NCBI GenBank assembly: GCA_050633305.1
Contig: JBOEGF010000011.1
Span: 63,312 to 127,311, forward strand
DNA: 64,000 nt
Direction of reading: 5' to 3'
Source: Nannocystales bacterium
GTDB taxonomy: Bacteria; Myxococcota_A; Polyangia; Nannocystales; Nannocystaceae
Positions 9,423 to 19,529 of this stretch are shown piece by piece. Numbering within the stretch: the first letter of the stretch is position 1; each line of letters opens with the position of its first letter. The translations under genes and the position numbers were made by a program. The notes under the pieces were generated by a model. That model searched no databases. It saw nothing but the letters and a program-made list of their open reading frames with translations, and was not told the DNA's origin.

Positions 9423-10504
9423 TTCTTGCCTTTGGGACCTTTGCCTCGGGGACCCTTGCCTTTGGGTCCTTTGCCTCGGGGACCTTTGCCCTTGGGTCCT
9501 TTGCCCTTGGGACCCTTGCCTTCTTTGCGGTCGGCTCGGGCGTCTTTGCGGTCCTCGCGGGCCTCCTTACGGTCTTCCTTGCGATCCTCGCGCGCCTCCT
9601 TTCGGTCCTCTCGCGCGCCCTTGCGGTCCGCCTTCGCTTCGCCATGGGCGTCGCGATGACCCTCCCGGGCGTCATCACGGGTGTCTTTGGCATCGCGCTT
9701 GGCGTCCGCAGCGTCTTCTAGCGCGCCTTTGGCTGCGTCGAGCGCAGCCTTGGCGGCGGCTTTCTCTTCGTCGGTTTTGGCCTTGGCCAGCGCTGCCTTG
9801 GCTTTCGCGAGGTCGCCCTTCGCCTTTGCGACGTCTCCCGCGGCGTCCGCGAAGCCCTTGTTCGCATCGACGAGTTCCGCGCGCGCGGCCATCAGATCCT
9901 CGCGGGACTCGCGAAGGTCCTCGTCGAACTTCTTGTGCCGCTTCTGGTACTTGAACTTGGCCTTCTTGCCCTTGGCGCGAAGCTTGGTCCGCTTGGCATG
10001 GAGCCGCGCGCGGTGAGCTTTGTGTTTGGCCTTGTGTGCTGCGAGCTTTGCCTTGAGCACCTCGCGCTCGGCATCGTCGAGTTCCTTGGCTTTGGCGCGC
10101 TTGCCAGCCATCTCGGAGATCTCGGCCGGGGTCTTCCCCGCGGCGAGCTGGCGGCGAACCCAGGCGTTGAAGTGCGCGCGCTTGCCTCGCTTGGCTTTGC
10201 TCGCTTTCGCCTCGGCGTCGAACAGCTCCGCGGCCTCGCCCGCACTCAGTCCAGCCTCGGACGCCGCGTCGAGTGCGTCTTCGACTTCGTCCTCCGTAAC
10301 ACCTGCCTCGCGGGCTTCGTGAGCGGCGAGGGGAAGGTCCAGAACCCCGAGGATGTCGTCCTCGAGGGCTTCCTCTTCGGTCGGCTCGTCCGGCTCAGGT
10401 GCGGCGGCGGCCTCCGGAGCCTCCGCGGCCACGGCTGGCCCGGTGAACGATAGCGCCGCGAGGAGGAGTCCCCCCACGGGCCACGGGAGTTTGCATCGAA
10501 GCAT
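9419..10504 (-). CDS. Secreted low-complexity charged protein (Lys/Ala-rich, REDRKEA and GKGPK repeats)
   Basis: Signal peptide (AVAA/EA); acidic N-terminus; basic helical middle; repetitive C-terminus; good codon bias. Confidence 0.75.
   Translation of the reverse strand: MLRCKLPWPVGGLLLAALSFTGPAVAAEAPEAAAAPEPDEPTEEEALEDDILGVLDLPLAAHEAREAGVTEDEVEDALDAASEAGLSAGEAAELFDAEAKASKAKRGKRAHFNAWVRRQLAAGKTPAEISEMAGKRAKAKELDDAEREVLKAKLAAHKAKHKAHRARLHAKRTKLRAKGKKAKFKYQKRHKKFDEDLRESREDLMAARAELVDANKGFADAAGDVAKAKGDLAKAKAALAKAKTDEEKAAAKAALDAAKGALEDAADAKRDAKDTRDDAREGHRDAHGEAKADRKGAREDRKEAREDRKEDRKEAREDRKDARADRKEGKGPKGKGPKGKGPRGKGPKGKGPRGKGPKGKK
9425..9620 (-). repeat. Coding tandem repeats: 15-bp units (GKGPK/GKGPR, six copies) and about 21-bp units (REDRKEA-like)
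   Basis: cctttgcctcggggacccttgcctttgggt... periodicity seen directly. Confidence 0.8.
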
Positions 10505-10546
10505 GCGCCGAGCATTTCACGCCCGTTGCGCAGGCAACAAGAGCGT

Positions 10547-12109
10547 TCACGGTCCATTTGCAACCGACGCGTCGGCGGGGCGCAAGGGACGTCCGCTGGC
10601 GTACCGCGAGAGCATGAGGGCCACCTCGTTTTGCACGTCTCGGGCGGAGGACGTTGCGCCGCCGGGTAGGTCGTTGAACAACAAGCTGAACACGATCGGC
10701 TTTCGCCCACGTGCCCCTACATAGCCGGAGAGCGCGGATATGCCATCGAGCGTGCCGGTCTTGACCCGAACCCAGCCGGTCGCGTCCGAGTTTTGAAGAC
10801 GCGAGCGTGTCGTTCCATCGACGCCCATGACCGCCAACGATGCCAAGAAGTCTGCGCGGTATCGGAAGTCTCCAACCATGGCTGTCAACAAGGACGTGAC
10901 CTGGGAGGGGCTCACGCGGTTGGTGTCGTACAGGCCGGAGCCGTTGGTGAGGCGTGCGCCGTCGAGGTTGACGCCCAGGGAGGTGAGGGCTTCGCGCTCT
11001 CGGGCGGATGCTGCGGCGAAAGAGGCGGGCGTGTCTGTCGGGGACAGAGTCTTGAGGATCTGCTCCGCCATGAAGTTGTTCGAAAACTTGTTGACCGAGC
11101 GAATCTGGGCGCTGAGCGGAGCCGAGAAGTGAGTCGCCAGCGAGCGGGCTTTCTTGGGGGTCGACCCAACCTTCACTTTCCTGCGGCCGACCTTGATCCC
11201 TTGCTTCTTGAGGACGTGCAGGAGGACCTCCCCCGCGTTTCGGCTCGGGTCCGCGATGGGATACCGATAACGGCCGGAGGACGCGTCTTCCCCGATCGTG
11301 CCGCGGATCTCGATCTTCATCCCTGAACCGGCGCTTTCGACGTCTGCGAATAGCTTGCGTCCGCGGCCGGGGACCGTCGTGGCGGTGTTCGTCAGCGCGA
11401 TGCCGCCGACCGCTGGATCCAGTCCCACAAGCGCGGCGTCGCCGGCCTTGGCACCTGGAGACGCGCGGACGAGGAACGTGTTGAAGTTGACCGATGTCGC
11501 GCTGCTCGGCGCGCGGTACGAGGCCAGTTCATCTTTTTGATCGAAACCGGGAGGGAGTTCGTCGCGGTCGAACCGACTGCTATCCACCACGATGCCGCCC
11601 GTGATTCGTCGGATACCCCGCGCGTGAAGCTCGGATGCGAGGGCCGCGAGGTCTTCGGTGACGAGGTTGGGGTCACCGCTGCCCACCAGGTAGATGTCGC
11701 CCTTGACGACCGAGCCGGACAACGCACCATCGTTTCGCAGGATCCGCGTGGCGTATCGGTGCTCGGGCCCCAGGACGACGAGGGCGGCAGCGGTGGTCAG
11801 GAGCTTGACGTTGCTGGCGGGGTTGAGCGGCTGCTCCGGCCCTCGTTCGTACAGAACATTGCCGGTCTCGAGGTCGACCACGTGGATGCCGACGGTGGCG
11901 TCGGCCAAGATCGGGGCTTCGAGCAACAGGTCGATCTGCCCTTTTAGCGTCGGCGCAGCGGTGCTGCGCGCGTCAGCAGTGGCCGCGACTGCGGGTTCGG
12001 CGGCACTGGCGAAGGGGGACGGCGGGACAAGGCTGGCCAGGGCGGCGGCCAGGGGGACTGCGAGGCGGAGGGCTCGGACGCGCACGGTAAACGGGGGGTG
12101 GGGCCTCAT
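10547..12109 (-). CDS. dacB: D-alanyl-D-alanine carboxypeptidase/endopeptidase (PBP4, peptidase S13)
   Basis: PASNVKLLT (SxxK), GSGDPNL, KFSNNFMAE (SxN), VKTGTL (KTG); start uncertain. Confidence 0.93.
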   Translation of the reverse strand: MRPHPPFTVRVRALRLAVPLAAALASLVPPSPFASAAEPAVAATADARSTAAPTLKGQIDLLLEAPILADATVGIHVVDLETGNVLYERGPEQPLNPASNVKLLTTAAALVVLGPEHRYATRILRNDGALSGSVVKGDIYLVGSGDPNLVTEDLAALASELHARGIRRITGGIVVDSSRFDRDELPPGFDQKDELASYRAPSSATSVNFNTFLVRASPGAKAGDAALVGLDPAVGGIALTNTATTVPGRGRKLFADVESAGSGMKIEIRGTIGEDASSGRYRYPIADPSRNAGEVLLHVLKKQGIKVGRRKVKVGSTPKKARSLATHFSAPLSAQIRSVNKFSNNFMAEQILKTLSPTDTPASFAAASAREREALTSLGVNLDGARLTNGSGLYDTNRVSPSQVTSLLTAMVGDFRYRADFLASLAVMGVDGTTRSRLQNSDATGWVRVKTGTLDGISALSGYVGARGRKPIVFSLLFNDLPGGATSSARDVQNEVALMLSRYASGRPLRPADASVANGP

Positions 12110-12222
12110 CGCAGCCGCACCCACGTGCACCGTAGCCGAGGTCACGCGGCCTTGCATCCCGCAATGGTCCGCATCATTTGGTCGGTTCGCGTCGTGACGG
12201 TAGCCTGTAGGGGGTTCTGAAC

Positions 12223-14205
12223 ATGGCTTTTTCGCGGCGCGCCTTCGTATTGTCTTCTCTTGTCACGCTTGCAGGTTGTCCGAACGGAGAGTCGAGCTCA
12301 GGCAATGCTCCTCCGGGAAACGAGGGGGGTCAGCCGACTGCGAGCGCGACACTCTCGGGAACGGGCACCGGGACCGCGACGGAGGGCGGCACCGACAGTC
12401 CCACGAGTACGGGGAGCACCAACGCGGGCGGCACCACGGGAGCGCCGACCACCAACTGTGGTGACCTGCTGTGCAGCGACAACGGGAGTTGCGAAATCGA
12501 TGACTCGGGCAACGCCTACTGCCTGTGTGATGGCGGCTACGTCCTGGATGACGCAGGCCTGACGTGCGTCGTCGATGAGAGCTGTATTCAGGTCTCGTTC
12601 CTCGAAGACGGGTGCCGTCAGAAGGTCTCGGCCGAACCGGCGGTCGCGCTGTTCTTCGCACTCGACTTCTGCGCGGGGACGGCCGTGACCCCGGAGAAAC
12701 GTGAGGAACTCGGACTCTCCTTCGTCGTCAGCGAGAACGAGATCGACATCGCCTCGAACGTGGAGTCCGACGCGACCATCCTCGATACATCCGTCGAGAG
12801 CTACGTGACTCTGGTCGTCGACGTCTCCAACTCGTTGACCGAGAGCGAGGACCTCCCGGCGCTGGTGACCGAGTTGCGGACGCTCGTCAGCTCGCTGGAG
12901 TCAACACCAGGTGAGCCCGAGGTCTACGTCTCGGTGTTCGTGTTCGGCTTTCGTGTCGCGGAGTACGTGCCATTCACCCGCGATCTTCAGTCGGTCGATG
13001 CTGCGCTCGCTGCCCTGGCGAGCGACCCTGCGCCGATCGTGGAACTGGCCAGCGGCGGACAGAGCACCGCGCTGTTCAACGCGACCGCAGAGGGGATTCG
13101 CGAGACCACGCGGATCCGAGAGCTTCGGGACGCAGTCACGTGGGGCGGGGTTTTGACGACGGGCACCGTCGTGGTGGTGACCGATGGTCTCGATACCTCG
13201 AACGGAGACCTCGACACCACGCAGATCCAGGACACGACCAACCAAGTGATCTCCATTGGCGTCAGCACGGACATCAACGATGACGAGCTGCGGGCGATCG
13301 GCCGCGACGGCTCGTTCCTAGCGCCGACGCCGGCGGATTGGACGACCGCGTTTGCCTCGATTGCGGAGCGTGTGGACGAGTACCCGGACCGGTCCTACCT
13401 GCTCGCGTACTGTTCGTCGGCCAGCGAAGGCTCCCCTGATGTTCGCGTGTCGGTCACCGGCCCCGGGCTCACCGATGTCACGGCGGCGGAATGCAGCTTC
13501 AACGCCGAGCTCTTTAGCTCCCAAGGGTTCGCCTGCAACACCGAGTTTTTCACGGGAGAGTGCAACGCATCGGAATGCGGGGGCTTGACGGGTTGTGGGT
13601 CGTGTGCGGATTCGGAGTGCTGCAACGGGACCTCCTGCACGGATCCTGTATCGGCCACGCCCCCGGTGTCGTGTCAGGATCAGCCGCACGTCTGTGAGGC
13701 TGAGAACCTGGTCTGTGTGGAGGGGGATGATCTTTGGCCCTGCGTGACCCCGCCTGGAACGGCCGTGTCCTGCGACGAGTCGACGCCGTGTCCGGTGGGA
13801 ATGCCCCACTGCGGGAGCAACCCTGCCTACGATCCCGACGAGCCGGGTGATCCCGATCCCGAGTTCATTTGTTTTTCCCGGTTGCCGGAAGGCTCGCCGT
13901 GCGAGGAGCCTGGTGAGTGCCAATCGCTGAACTGCTACTACCCCAACCCCGACAACCCGTTCGAGGGCCGTCGCTGCCTCCCCGAGGCGTATCTCGGGGA
14001 CCACTGCGCGGACGCGGACGCGGTGTGTGAGGCGGGTGGGTACTGCCAGGGCAGCACCTGCCAACCCAAGCGGCGGGAGCTTGCGAGCTGTAACTCGGGC
14101 GCACAGTGTCGGCAAGGAGTCTGCGCTGACTTCGATGTGGGTGGCAGCTTCTGCGCAGGACCGGACGCCTGCTACTGGGCTTGGGAAGACAAGGTTCCGA
14201 ACTGA
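12223..14205 (+). CDS. Lipoprotein with EGF-like, VWA and Cys-rich C-terminal domains (possible Tat lipoprotein)
   Basis: MAFSRRAFV...LAGC; CSDNGSC...CLCDGGY EGF; DVSNS MIDAS, TALFNA, VVVTDG. Confidence 0.8.
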   Translation: MAFSRRAFVLSSLVTLAGCPNGESSSGNAPPGNEGGQPTASATLSGTGTGTATEGGTDSPTSTGSTNAGGTTGAPTTNCGDLLCSDNGSCEIDDSGNAYCLCDGGYVLDDAGLTCVVDESCIQVSFLEDGCRQKVSAEPAVALFFALDFCAGTAVTPEKREELGLSFVVSENEIDIASNVESDATILDTSVESYVTLVVDVSNSLTESEDLPALVTELRTLVSSLESTPGEPEVYVSVFVFGFRVAEYVPFTRDLQSVDAALAALASDPAPIVELASGGQSTALFNATAEGIRETTRIRELRDAVTWGGVLTTGTVVVVTDGLDTSNGDLDTTQIQDTTNQVISIGVSTDINDDELRAIGRDGSFLAPTPADWTTAFASIAERVDEYPDRSYLLAYCSSASEGSPDVRVSVTGPGLTDVTAAECSFNAELFSSQGFACNTEFFTGECNASECGGLTGCGSCADSECCNGTSCTDPVSATPPVSCQDQPHVCEAENLVCVEGDDLWPCVTPPGTAVSCDESTPCPVGMPHCGSNPAYDPDEPGDPDPEFICFSRLPEGSPCEEPGECQSLNCYYPNPDNPFEGRRCLPEAYLGDHCADADAVCEAGGYCQGSTCQPKRRELASCNSGAQCRQGVCADFDVGGSFCAGPDACYWAWEDKVPN

Positions 14206-14287
14206 CCCAACCTCGAAGACCTCGAGGTCATCGCCCGCGGCCGCCGGGCGTGGCGTGAGCGCGCGGGAGGGAGGGTCGAGCGCGGGG

Positions 14288-15670
14288 TCAGTACGTCCCG
14301 CGGAGAGCGTCGATGCCCGGATACGCGCCCGGGAGCCCTGCGGGCCGGGTCCGGATTTCGGCAGAGGGTCCGAGCTCGGCCTCGCCTTCGACTTCACCGT
14401 CACCGTCACCGCTGTCCTCCACCGTGGGGCATGCCGCGCCGTCGAGGCGGGCCAACGCGGCGGCCATCGAAGCCTCCTGCGGATCGCCGAGTTGGTGACC
14501 GAGGTCATCGGGGCTGTCGCAGTCTGTCGCGAACCCGTCGAAGTAGTCGCCTTCGTCGCGTGCGTTGAGCAGCCGGAACGTGATCGGGTTGGCTGCTTTG
14601 TCGCAGAAGGTGAACTGGGCAGACCCGACCGGTTTCCCGGCTGTCGGACTCCCCACCACGCTCACCGGAGCCCAAGGGCGGACCGCGTTGATGACAAGCT
14701 CGCTCGCCGACGCAGTCGACCCAGTGGTGATGAACACGACGTGATCCAGCGCGGGGAGGCTGGAGGATTGTCGCTCGATGTGACGGGTGCTGTTGGCCTC
14801 CGCCAGCGACGGCGTGTAGTCGGTTCGGTACGAGATCTCTCCGGAAGCCTGGGCCCCCACGAGGAGGTCGACGAGGTGTCGCGCTGCGGAGATCCGGCCG
14901 CCGCCGTTGTAGCGCATGTCGACCACGACATTGCGGACCCCCGCCGCCTCGAATCGCGCGAACGCGTCGGAGAGCTCATCGATGGAGGGCTCCACGAAGG
15001 TCGTGAAAAACAAGTAACCGACCGGGGTGCCCTCGTGGTCGATGACGTCTGCCAGTGGCACTGTGACCAGCGGATACCAGTCCTTGGTCAGTGAGACGGA
15101 CCTCGGTTCGGTGTCGGTGTCGGTGCTGGCGTGGGTGGCCACCTCGAGTTGGACGTCGATCCCGGGCTCGTTGGGTCCAAGCGCGTCGGTCCAGCCGTCG
15201 GATTCGTCGAGCTCGATGTTGGTGAACCCACCCGCGCCGACGAGTTCGTCGCCGCGCTTGAGCCCTGCGAGGCCGGCCGGCGAGAGGGGGTCGACGAACC
15301 CGAGCAAGACTCGGTTGTCCTCGGTCCGCCGAGTCCGGAACCCGATCCCGATGACCATGCCCTCTTCGAACAGCGCATCCGAGGTTGCCAGGTCGGACAC
15401 TCGGCTCCAACGGTCGAGCTCGCTGTAGCGGACCTCGGTGACCAGCGCACTGGGAGACTCGAATGCGGCGGGGTCCACGTCGTCTGGGACGTGTTCGTTC
15501 CACAGGTAGGCTTCCTGCATCAGCAGGTACATGAACGCGTTCTGCTCGGGGAGCGTGCAGTCTCGCGGGCCGCCGAAGTCCAGCGGATCCTCCTCTGCAC
15601 AGCCCGCGCACAGCCCCAAGGCGAGGGCTACGACTGCCACCCGCCGACTCCACCATCCAGCAACATTCAC
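14288..15670 (-). CDS. S41-family C-terminal processing peptidase with PDZ domain, lipoprotein
   Basis: Lipobox CAGC; SPAGLAGLKRGD (PDZ); DMRYNGGG, TASASELVI, GKPVG; start trimmed to GTG 15670. Confidence 0.9.
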   Translation of the reverse strand: MNVAGWWSRRVAVVALALGLCAGCAEEDPLDFGGPRDCTLPEQNAFMYLLMQEAYLWNEHVPDDVDPAAFESPSALVTEVRYSELDRWSRVSDLATSDALFEEGMVIGIGFRTRRTEDNRVLLGFVDPLSPAGLAGLKRGDELVGAGGFTNIELDESDGWTDALGPNEPGIDVQLEVATHASTDTDTEPRSVSLTKDWYPLVTVPLADVIDHEGTPVGYLFFTTFVEPSIDELSDAFARFEAAGVRNVVVDMRYNGGGRISAARHLVDLLVGAQASGEISYRTDYTPSLAEANSTRHIERQSSSLPALDHVVFITTGSTASASELVINAVRPWAPVSVVGSPTAGKPVGSAQFTFCDKAANPITFRLLNARDEGDYFDGFATDCDSPDDLGHQLGDPQEASMAAALARLDGAACPTVEDSGDGDGEVEGEAELGPSAEIRTRPAGLPGAYPGIDALRGTY

Positions 15671-15693
15671 CAAAGCAGACCTGACGCTAGCAT

Positions 15694-17949
15694 GTGGATT
15701 GCGGTTCGCGCAGGGCGAGGTACCGATTGTCGCAGTCGGGAGGACGGCGCCGCAGGTCGGCGGTACTCTTGCGGTCTGTGGTGAGTGCGTCCTGGGTCGC
15801 ATGGGCGGCGTGGCTCTGGCTGGGCATCGAGACGGCCGACCCTTCGTTGGAGGTCGTCCGCGACGTGGAATTCCGCGCAGCAGACGCCCGGCGGATGCAT
15901 GTCGTGGCGCCGCGGCTGCGAGGTATCCCGGTTCGAGGCATGACGCGTTCGGTGCCGGCCGATGCTGCGGGGCGGTGGCTCGTTGCGCCCTCGATGCCCG
16001 CGCTGGACCACCCGCAAGTCGATCCCGAGGAGGCCACGATTCAACCTGGCGCGCTTCCGGAACTCGTCGCGAGCGCTCTGGGCCGAACTGGACCGCTCTC
16101 GTTCGAGTCACCCGCGACCTTGGTGTACCTCCTGCGGCTCGGGGCCCCGGTCCTCGCGTGGGAGGTTCAACTACCGCTGACGATGCGTCCTGAGCCATCC
16201 CGCCGGACGGTCTGGCTCAGCGCCATGACGGGGCGCCTGCTCGAGGAGCGCGAACAGGTCCAGAGTGCGCGAGCACGGGTGTTTGGGGAGAACCCATCCA
16301 CAACGCCGGAAGTGCGTGACGTCGAGCTACCCCGCATGGGCGTGGCACCGCCGGGGAACGCTCTGGTCTCGCCCACGATCTCCGCATTCAACTGCGCAGC
16401 GCAGGCCCCACAGGACACCCTTCCGTGGGTGCAGGAGGGCGAGTGCCACCCCGTCCATCGTGCATTGGCGGACGAGGACGGCAACTTCTACGTGCCGACG
16501 CCCAACGTGATCGTCGAGGATGACAACGTACAACCCGACGACGCCTACGCGGAGCTGAGCATGTACTACCACGGGGCGCGGTTTCTCGATGCGCTTCGCG
16601 ATCGGGGGGTGCCGACGTTTTCGTGCCCGCAAGCCAGCATGGTGGCCAATGTTCGGAGCTTCGCGGCCGAGGACGAGTCGGAGGCATACGAGCCGCTGGA
16701 CAACGCGTTCTATACGAACCAGTGCGACCTCGAAAAAGGCGTGACGATGATGTTCGGGCAGGGCGGGCAGGTCGACTTTGCCTACGATGGCGACGTCGTC
16801 TATCACGAACTCGGACACGGCGTGGTCGCCCTGTTGACGCCTGAAGGGCTGGGGGGACGGCGGCTCCGCGACGATGGGTCGCTGGTGGATTCCGGTGCGA
16901 TCAACGAGGCCATCGCCGACTACATGACCTACATGATGACGGACGACCCGCGGGTGGGGGAGTACGTCGGCCGGTTCTGGGCGAGCAACACTCGCGCGGA
17001 GATCCGCACCGGAGAGAACACCAAGCGCTGTCCGGACGACACGGTTGGCCAGGTTCACAACGACGGCGAACCCTTTGCCGCTGCGCTGTGGTCGACGCGG
17101 TCTCGTGTTGGCCCGGCCATCGACGCCTTGGTGTTGAGGATGCTGCCGCTGCTCGCCAACGATGCGACGCTCGAGGAGGGCGCCGCGGCGCTGCTGACCG
17201 TCGCCACGCAGATGCAGGACGAGGGCGCGTTGGAGGCCGGCGACGTCGAACACCTCGAGCGTGCCCTCGCGACCCGTGGTCTGCTGGATTGCCCCCGGGT
17301 GATCGTCGGCGCGGAGACGCTGCAGGAGGGGCGCTCCATCTACCTGCGGCGTGCGAACGTGACGGTGCAGCCGTTCCTTCCGGGGCCGATGCAGTTGCGG
17401 GCGGAGGTGCCGCAGGGGGCAAGTGCACTCGAGGTGCACTTCGGCCTCCGAGGGGACGAGCAGCCGGAAGACACGGTCGTGCTGCTGGTGAAGCGCGGGG
17501 AAGAGCGTGTGCACTTCACCTACGAGCTCATCGCAGTGGACGATCCGGGCGACTCGACCGGGGAGTCGGGACGGATCCGCGAGGTGACCCGCACCGATGG
17601 CGACTGGGATCTCGAACTCGACCCCGTGGCGCAGACCGACGGGGGCTTCTCCGCAATGATCACCCCGGTGCACGAGGGAGAAGTGGTGCACATTGCTCTG
17701 GCCGCGCGGGGTCCGTCCGACCTGGTCGCGACGTCGGTCACGGTCTCGCCCGTGGGGGTGCCGGCCTCGTCCGATGAGACCGGCGGGGATATGGACACTG
17801 ACGCACCAGCCCCGCCCCCGGATGGGTCTGTGTCTGCCGACGCTACTTCTGCCGGCGGATGCGGTTGCCACAGTGGCCCCGATTCGGCGATCCTCCTCGG
17901 GTGGTGGATCCTGCCGCTGATGCTCCGCCGCCGCCGGGGGCGGGCGTAA
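15694..17949 (+). CDS. Thermolysin-like (M4/M36) zinc metallopeptidase with propeptide and MYXO-CTERM anchor
   Basis: DNAFY, DVVYHELGH (HExxH), GAINEAIADY, VHNDG; C-terminal GGCGC...LLGWWILPLMLRRRR; true start probably slightly downstream. Confidence 0.85.
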   Translation: MDCGSRRARYRLSQSGGRRRRSAVLLRSVVSASWVAWAAWLWLGIETADPSLEVVRDVEFRAADARRMHVVAPRLRGIPVRGMTRSVPADAAGRWLVAPSMPALDHPQVDPEEATIQPGALPELVASALGRTGPLSFESPATLVYLLRLGAPVLAWEVQLPLTMRPEPSRRTVWLSAMTGRLLEEREQVQSARARVFGENPSTTPEVRDVELPRMGVAPPGNALVSPTISAFNCAAQAPQDTLPWVQEGECHPVHRALADEDGNFYVPTPNVIVEDDNVQPDDAYAELSMYYHGARFLDALRDRGVPTFSCPQASMVANVRSFAAEDESEAYEPLDNAFYTNQCDLEKGVTMMFGQGGQVDFAYDGDVVYHELGHGVVALLTPEGLGGRRLRDDGSLVDSGAINEAIADYMTYMMTDDPRVGEYVGRFWASNTRAEIRTGENTKRCPDDTVGQVHNDGEPFAAALWSTRSRVGPAIDALVLRMLPLLANDATLEEGAAALLTVATQMQDEGALEAGDVEHLERALATRGLLDCPRVIVGAETLQEGRSIYLRRANVTVQPFLPGPMQLRAEVPQGASALEVHFGLRGDEQPEDTVVLLVKRGEERVHFTYELIAVDDPGDSTGESGRIREVTRTDGDWDLELDPVAQTDGGFSAMITPVHEGEVVHIALAARGPSDLVATSVTVSPVGVPASSDETGGDMDTDAPAPPPDGSVSADATSAGGCGCHSGPDSAILLGWWILPLMLRRRRGRA

Positions 17950-17984
17950 CTACGGCGCCGCAGCCCCGTGATGCGCTGAGGCTG

Positions 17985-18554
17985 TTGCTGCGATTGCTGC
18001 ACGCAGTGTTCGTCCTGGCACTCGTCGCGTTCGTCGTGCTTCCCAACATCCCCTCGGAGGACTTTCCGCTGTCCGGCACGATGGCCAAGTGGGCCAAGAA
18101 AGTGTCATTCAAGCAGGGGTGGCAGATGTACGCGCCCAACCCAACCCGCGCACAGATGTACATGAACCTGACCGCTGTCTATGACGATGGGTCCGAGCGA
18201 CGTCTCGAGGAGACGGTTCAGGAGAAGCAGGCCTGGGACACGCACTTCATGTGGGACAAGACCCGCGTCGACATCTGGCGTCAATACGCGAACTTCAACG
18301 TCAAACATCGCAACAACAACCGGGTTTGGTACCTCAAGGGCGTGTGCGTTCGGGAGGCGCGCAACGGACCCATCCCCAAACGCATCATCATGCACATGGT
18401 GCGGCGTCGTTTCACCGCGCCCCACAAGGTTGCGCAAGGCCGCCCAGCACTCGGCAAGCCAAAGCGAACGTTCATCACCGTCCAGTACTGCCAGCATCCG
18501 GTCGTCAAGCGGATCATCGAAGCGGATTCGCTCCGCAAGAGCACGGAGGACTGA
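17985..18554 (+). CDS. SdpA/DUF5819-like membrane protein (HTTM partner)
   Basis: N-terminal TM, QGWQMYAPNP motif, 3 nt upstream of an HTTM gene; start estimated (TTG). Confidence 0.65.
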   Translation: MLRLLHAVFVLALVAFVVLPNIPSEDFPLSGTMAKWAKKVSFKQGWQMYAPNPTRAQMYMNLTAVYDDGSERRLEETVQEKQAWDTHFMWDKTRVDIWRQYANFNVKHRNNNRVWYLKGVCVREARNGPIPKRIIMHMVRRRFTAPHKVAQGRPALGKPKRTFITVQYCQHPVVKRIIEADSLRKSTED

Positions 18555-18557
18555 GCG

Positions 18558-19514
18558 ATGGAGAGTCTCCGAGGGCTGATTCACCGACTGGACCGCATCG
18601 TAGGCCGGCTCGCCCTGGACGGTGAGGACCCGACCGCGCTGGGGCTGGTTCGCATCTTGTTGGTCACCGTGCTGACCGCCAGCCTGCTCACGCACGTCGG
18701 TGCGGTCTCTGAGTACTTCTCGACCGACTCGGTGTTGTTCGGAGAATGGGCCCGGGAGGCTTTTGGAAACCGACTGTCGCTCTTCTTCTGGGTGGAGGAC
18801 CCGTGGGCCGTCCGGGGGATCTTCGCCCTCGGCGTCGTCGCCCACCTGCTGTGGCTGGTCGGTCGCTTCACCCGGGTCGCCGCAGTGGTGGCTTGGGTGG
18901 TGTGGGTGAGCATGTTTGGCCGCAACCCACTGTTGTACTCACTCGCGGACCAGCTACAGATGGTCCTGTGCACGTTGTTGATGGTGACGCCCAGTGGCAA
19001 CGGGCTCTCGCTCGACGCTCGGGTGCGAGGCCCCAAACCCGTACCGGTGTGGTGTCGTCGTGTGCTGCAGCTCCAGATGGCCGTCATGTACACGGCGACA
19101 GGCCTCCTCAAGGACGGCAACACCTGGCACGACGACGGCACCGCGCTGTACTACTCGCTGTCCAACCCCTACAACCGCCACTTCGACATCGCGCCCACGC
19201 TCGCCGCATTGCAGCCGTGGGTCCTCAAGCCGATGACGTGGGGGGTCTTGCTGTGGGAGCTGGCCTTTGCCCCGTTTCTCGGCATGCACTGGCTGCGAGG
19301 CCTCCTGGGCCGACCGCGGCGCTTTCCGGACCTGCGCTGGGTGTTCCTGACCTTCGGCGTGGCGATGCACATCGGCATCCAGTCGATGCTGTACGTGGCG
19401 TGGTTTAGCCCGTTGTGTATCGCCGTGTACTCGGCATTTTTTCGCCCCGATGAAGTGAAATCCATCGGGGCGAAGTTGGGCCGGATCCTCAATCGGATCC
19501 GGCGACGGGATTGA
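18558..19514 (+). CDS. HTTM-domain membrane protein (SdpB / vitamin-K-dependent carboxylase-like)
   Basis: LGLVRI, LSLDAR, LQLQMAVMYTATGLLK..W..GTALYY, ELAF, MHIGI. Confidence 0.85.
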   Translation: MESLRGLIHRLDRIVGRLALDGEDPTALGLVRILLVTVLTASLLTHVGAVSEYFSTDSVLFGEWAREAFGNRLSLFFWVEDPWAVRGIFALGVVAHLLWLVGRFTRVAAVVAWVVWVSMFGRNPLLYSLADQLQMVLCTLLMVTPSGNGLSLDARVRGPKPVPVWCRRVLQLQMAVMYTATGLLKDGNTWHDDGTALYYSLSNPYNRHFDIAPTLAALQPWVLKPMTWGVLLWELAFAPFLGMHWLRGLLGRPRRFPDLRWVFLTFGVAMHIGIQSMLYVAWFSPLCIAVYSAFFRPDEVKSIGAKLGRILNRIRRRD

Positions 19515-19529
19515 GCTGAGCCTGTGCGG

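Noticed and set aside
9425..9620. Periodic repeats as a possible CRISPR array (also 29400-29500 and 46450-46610)
   Set aside because: In-frame coding repeats without unique spacers; no cas genes
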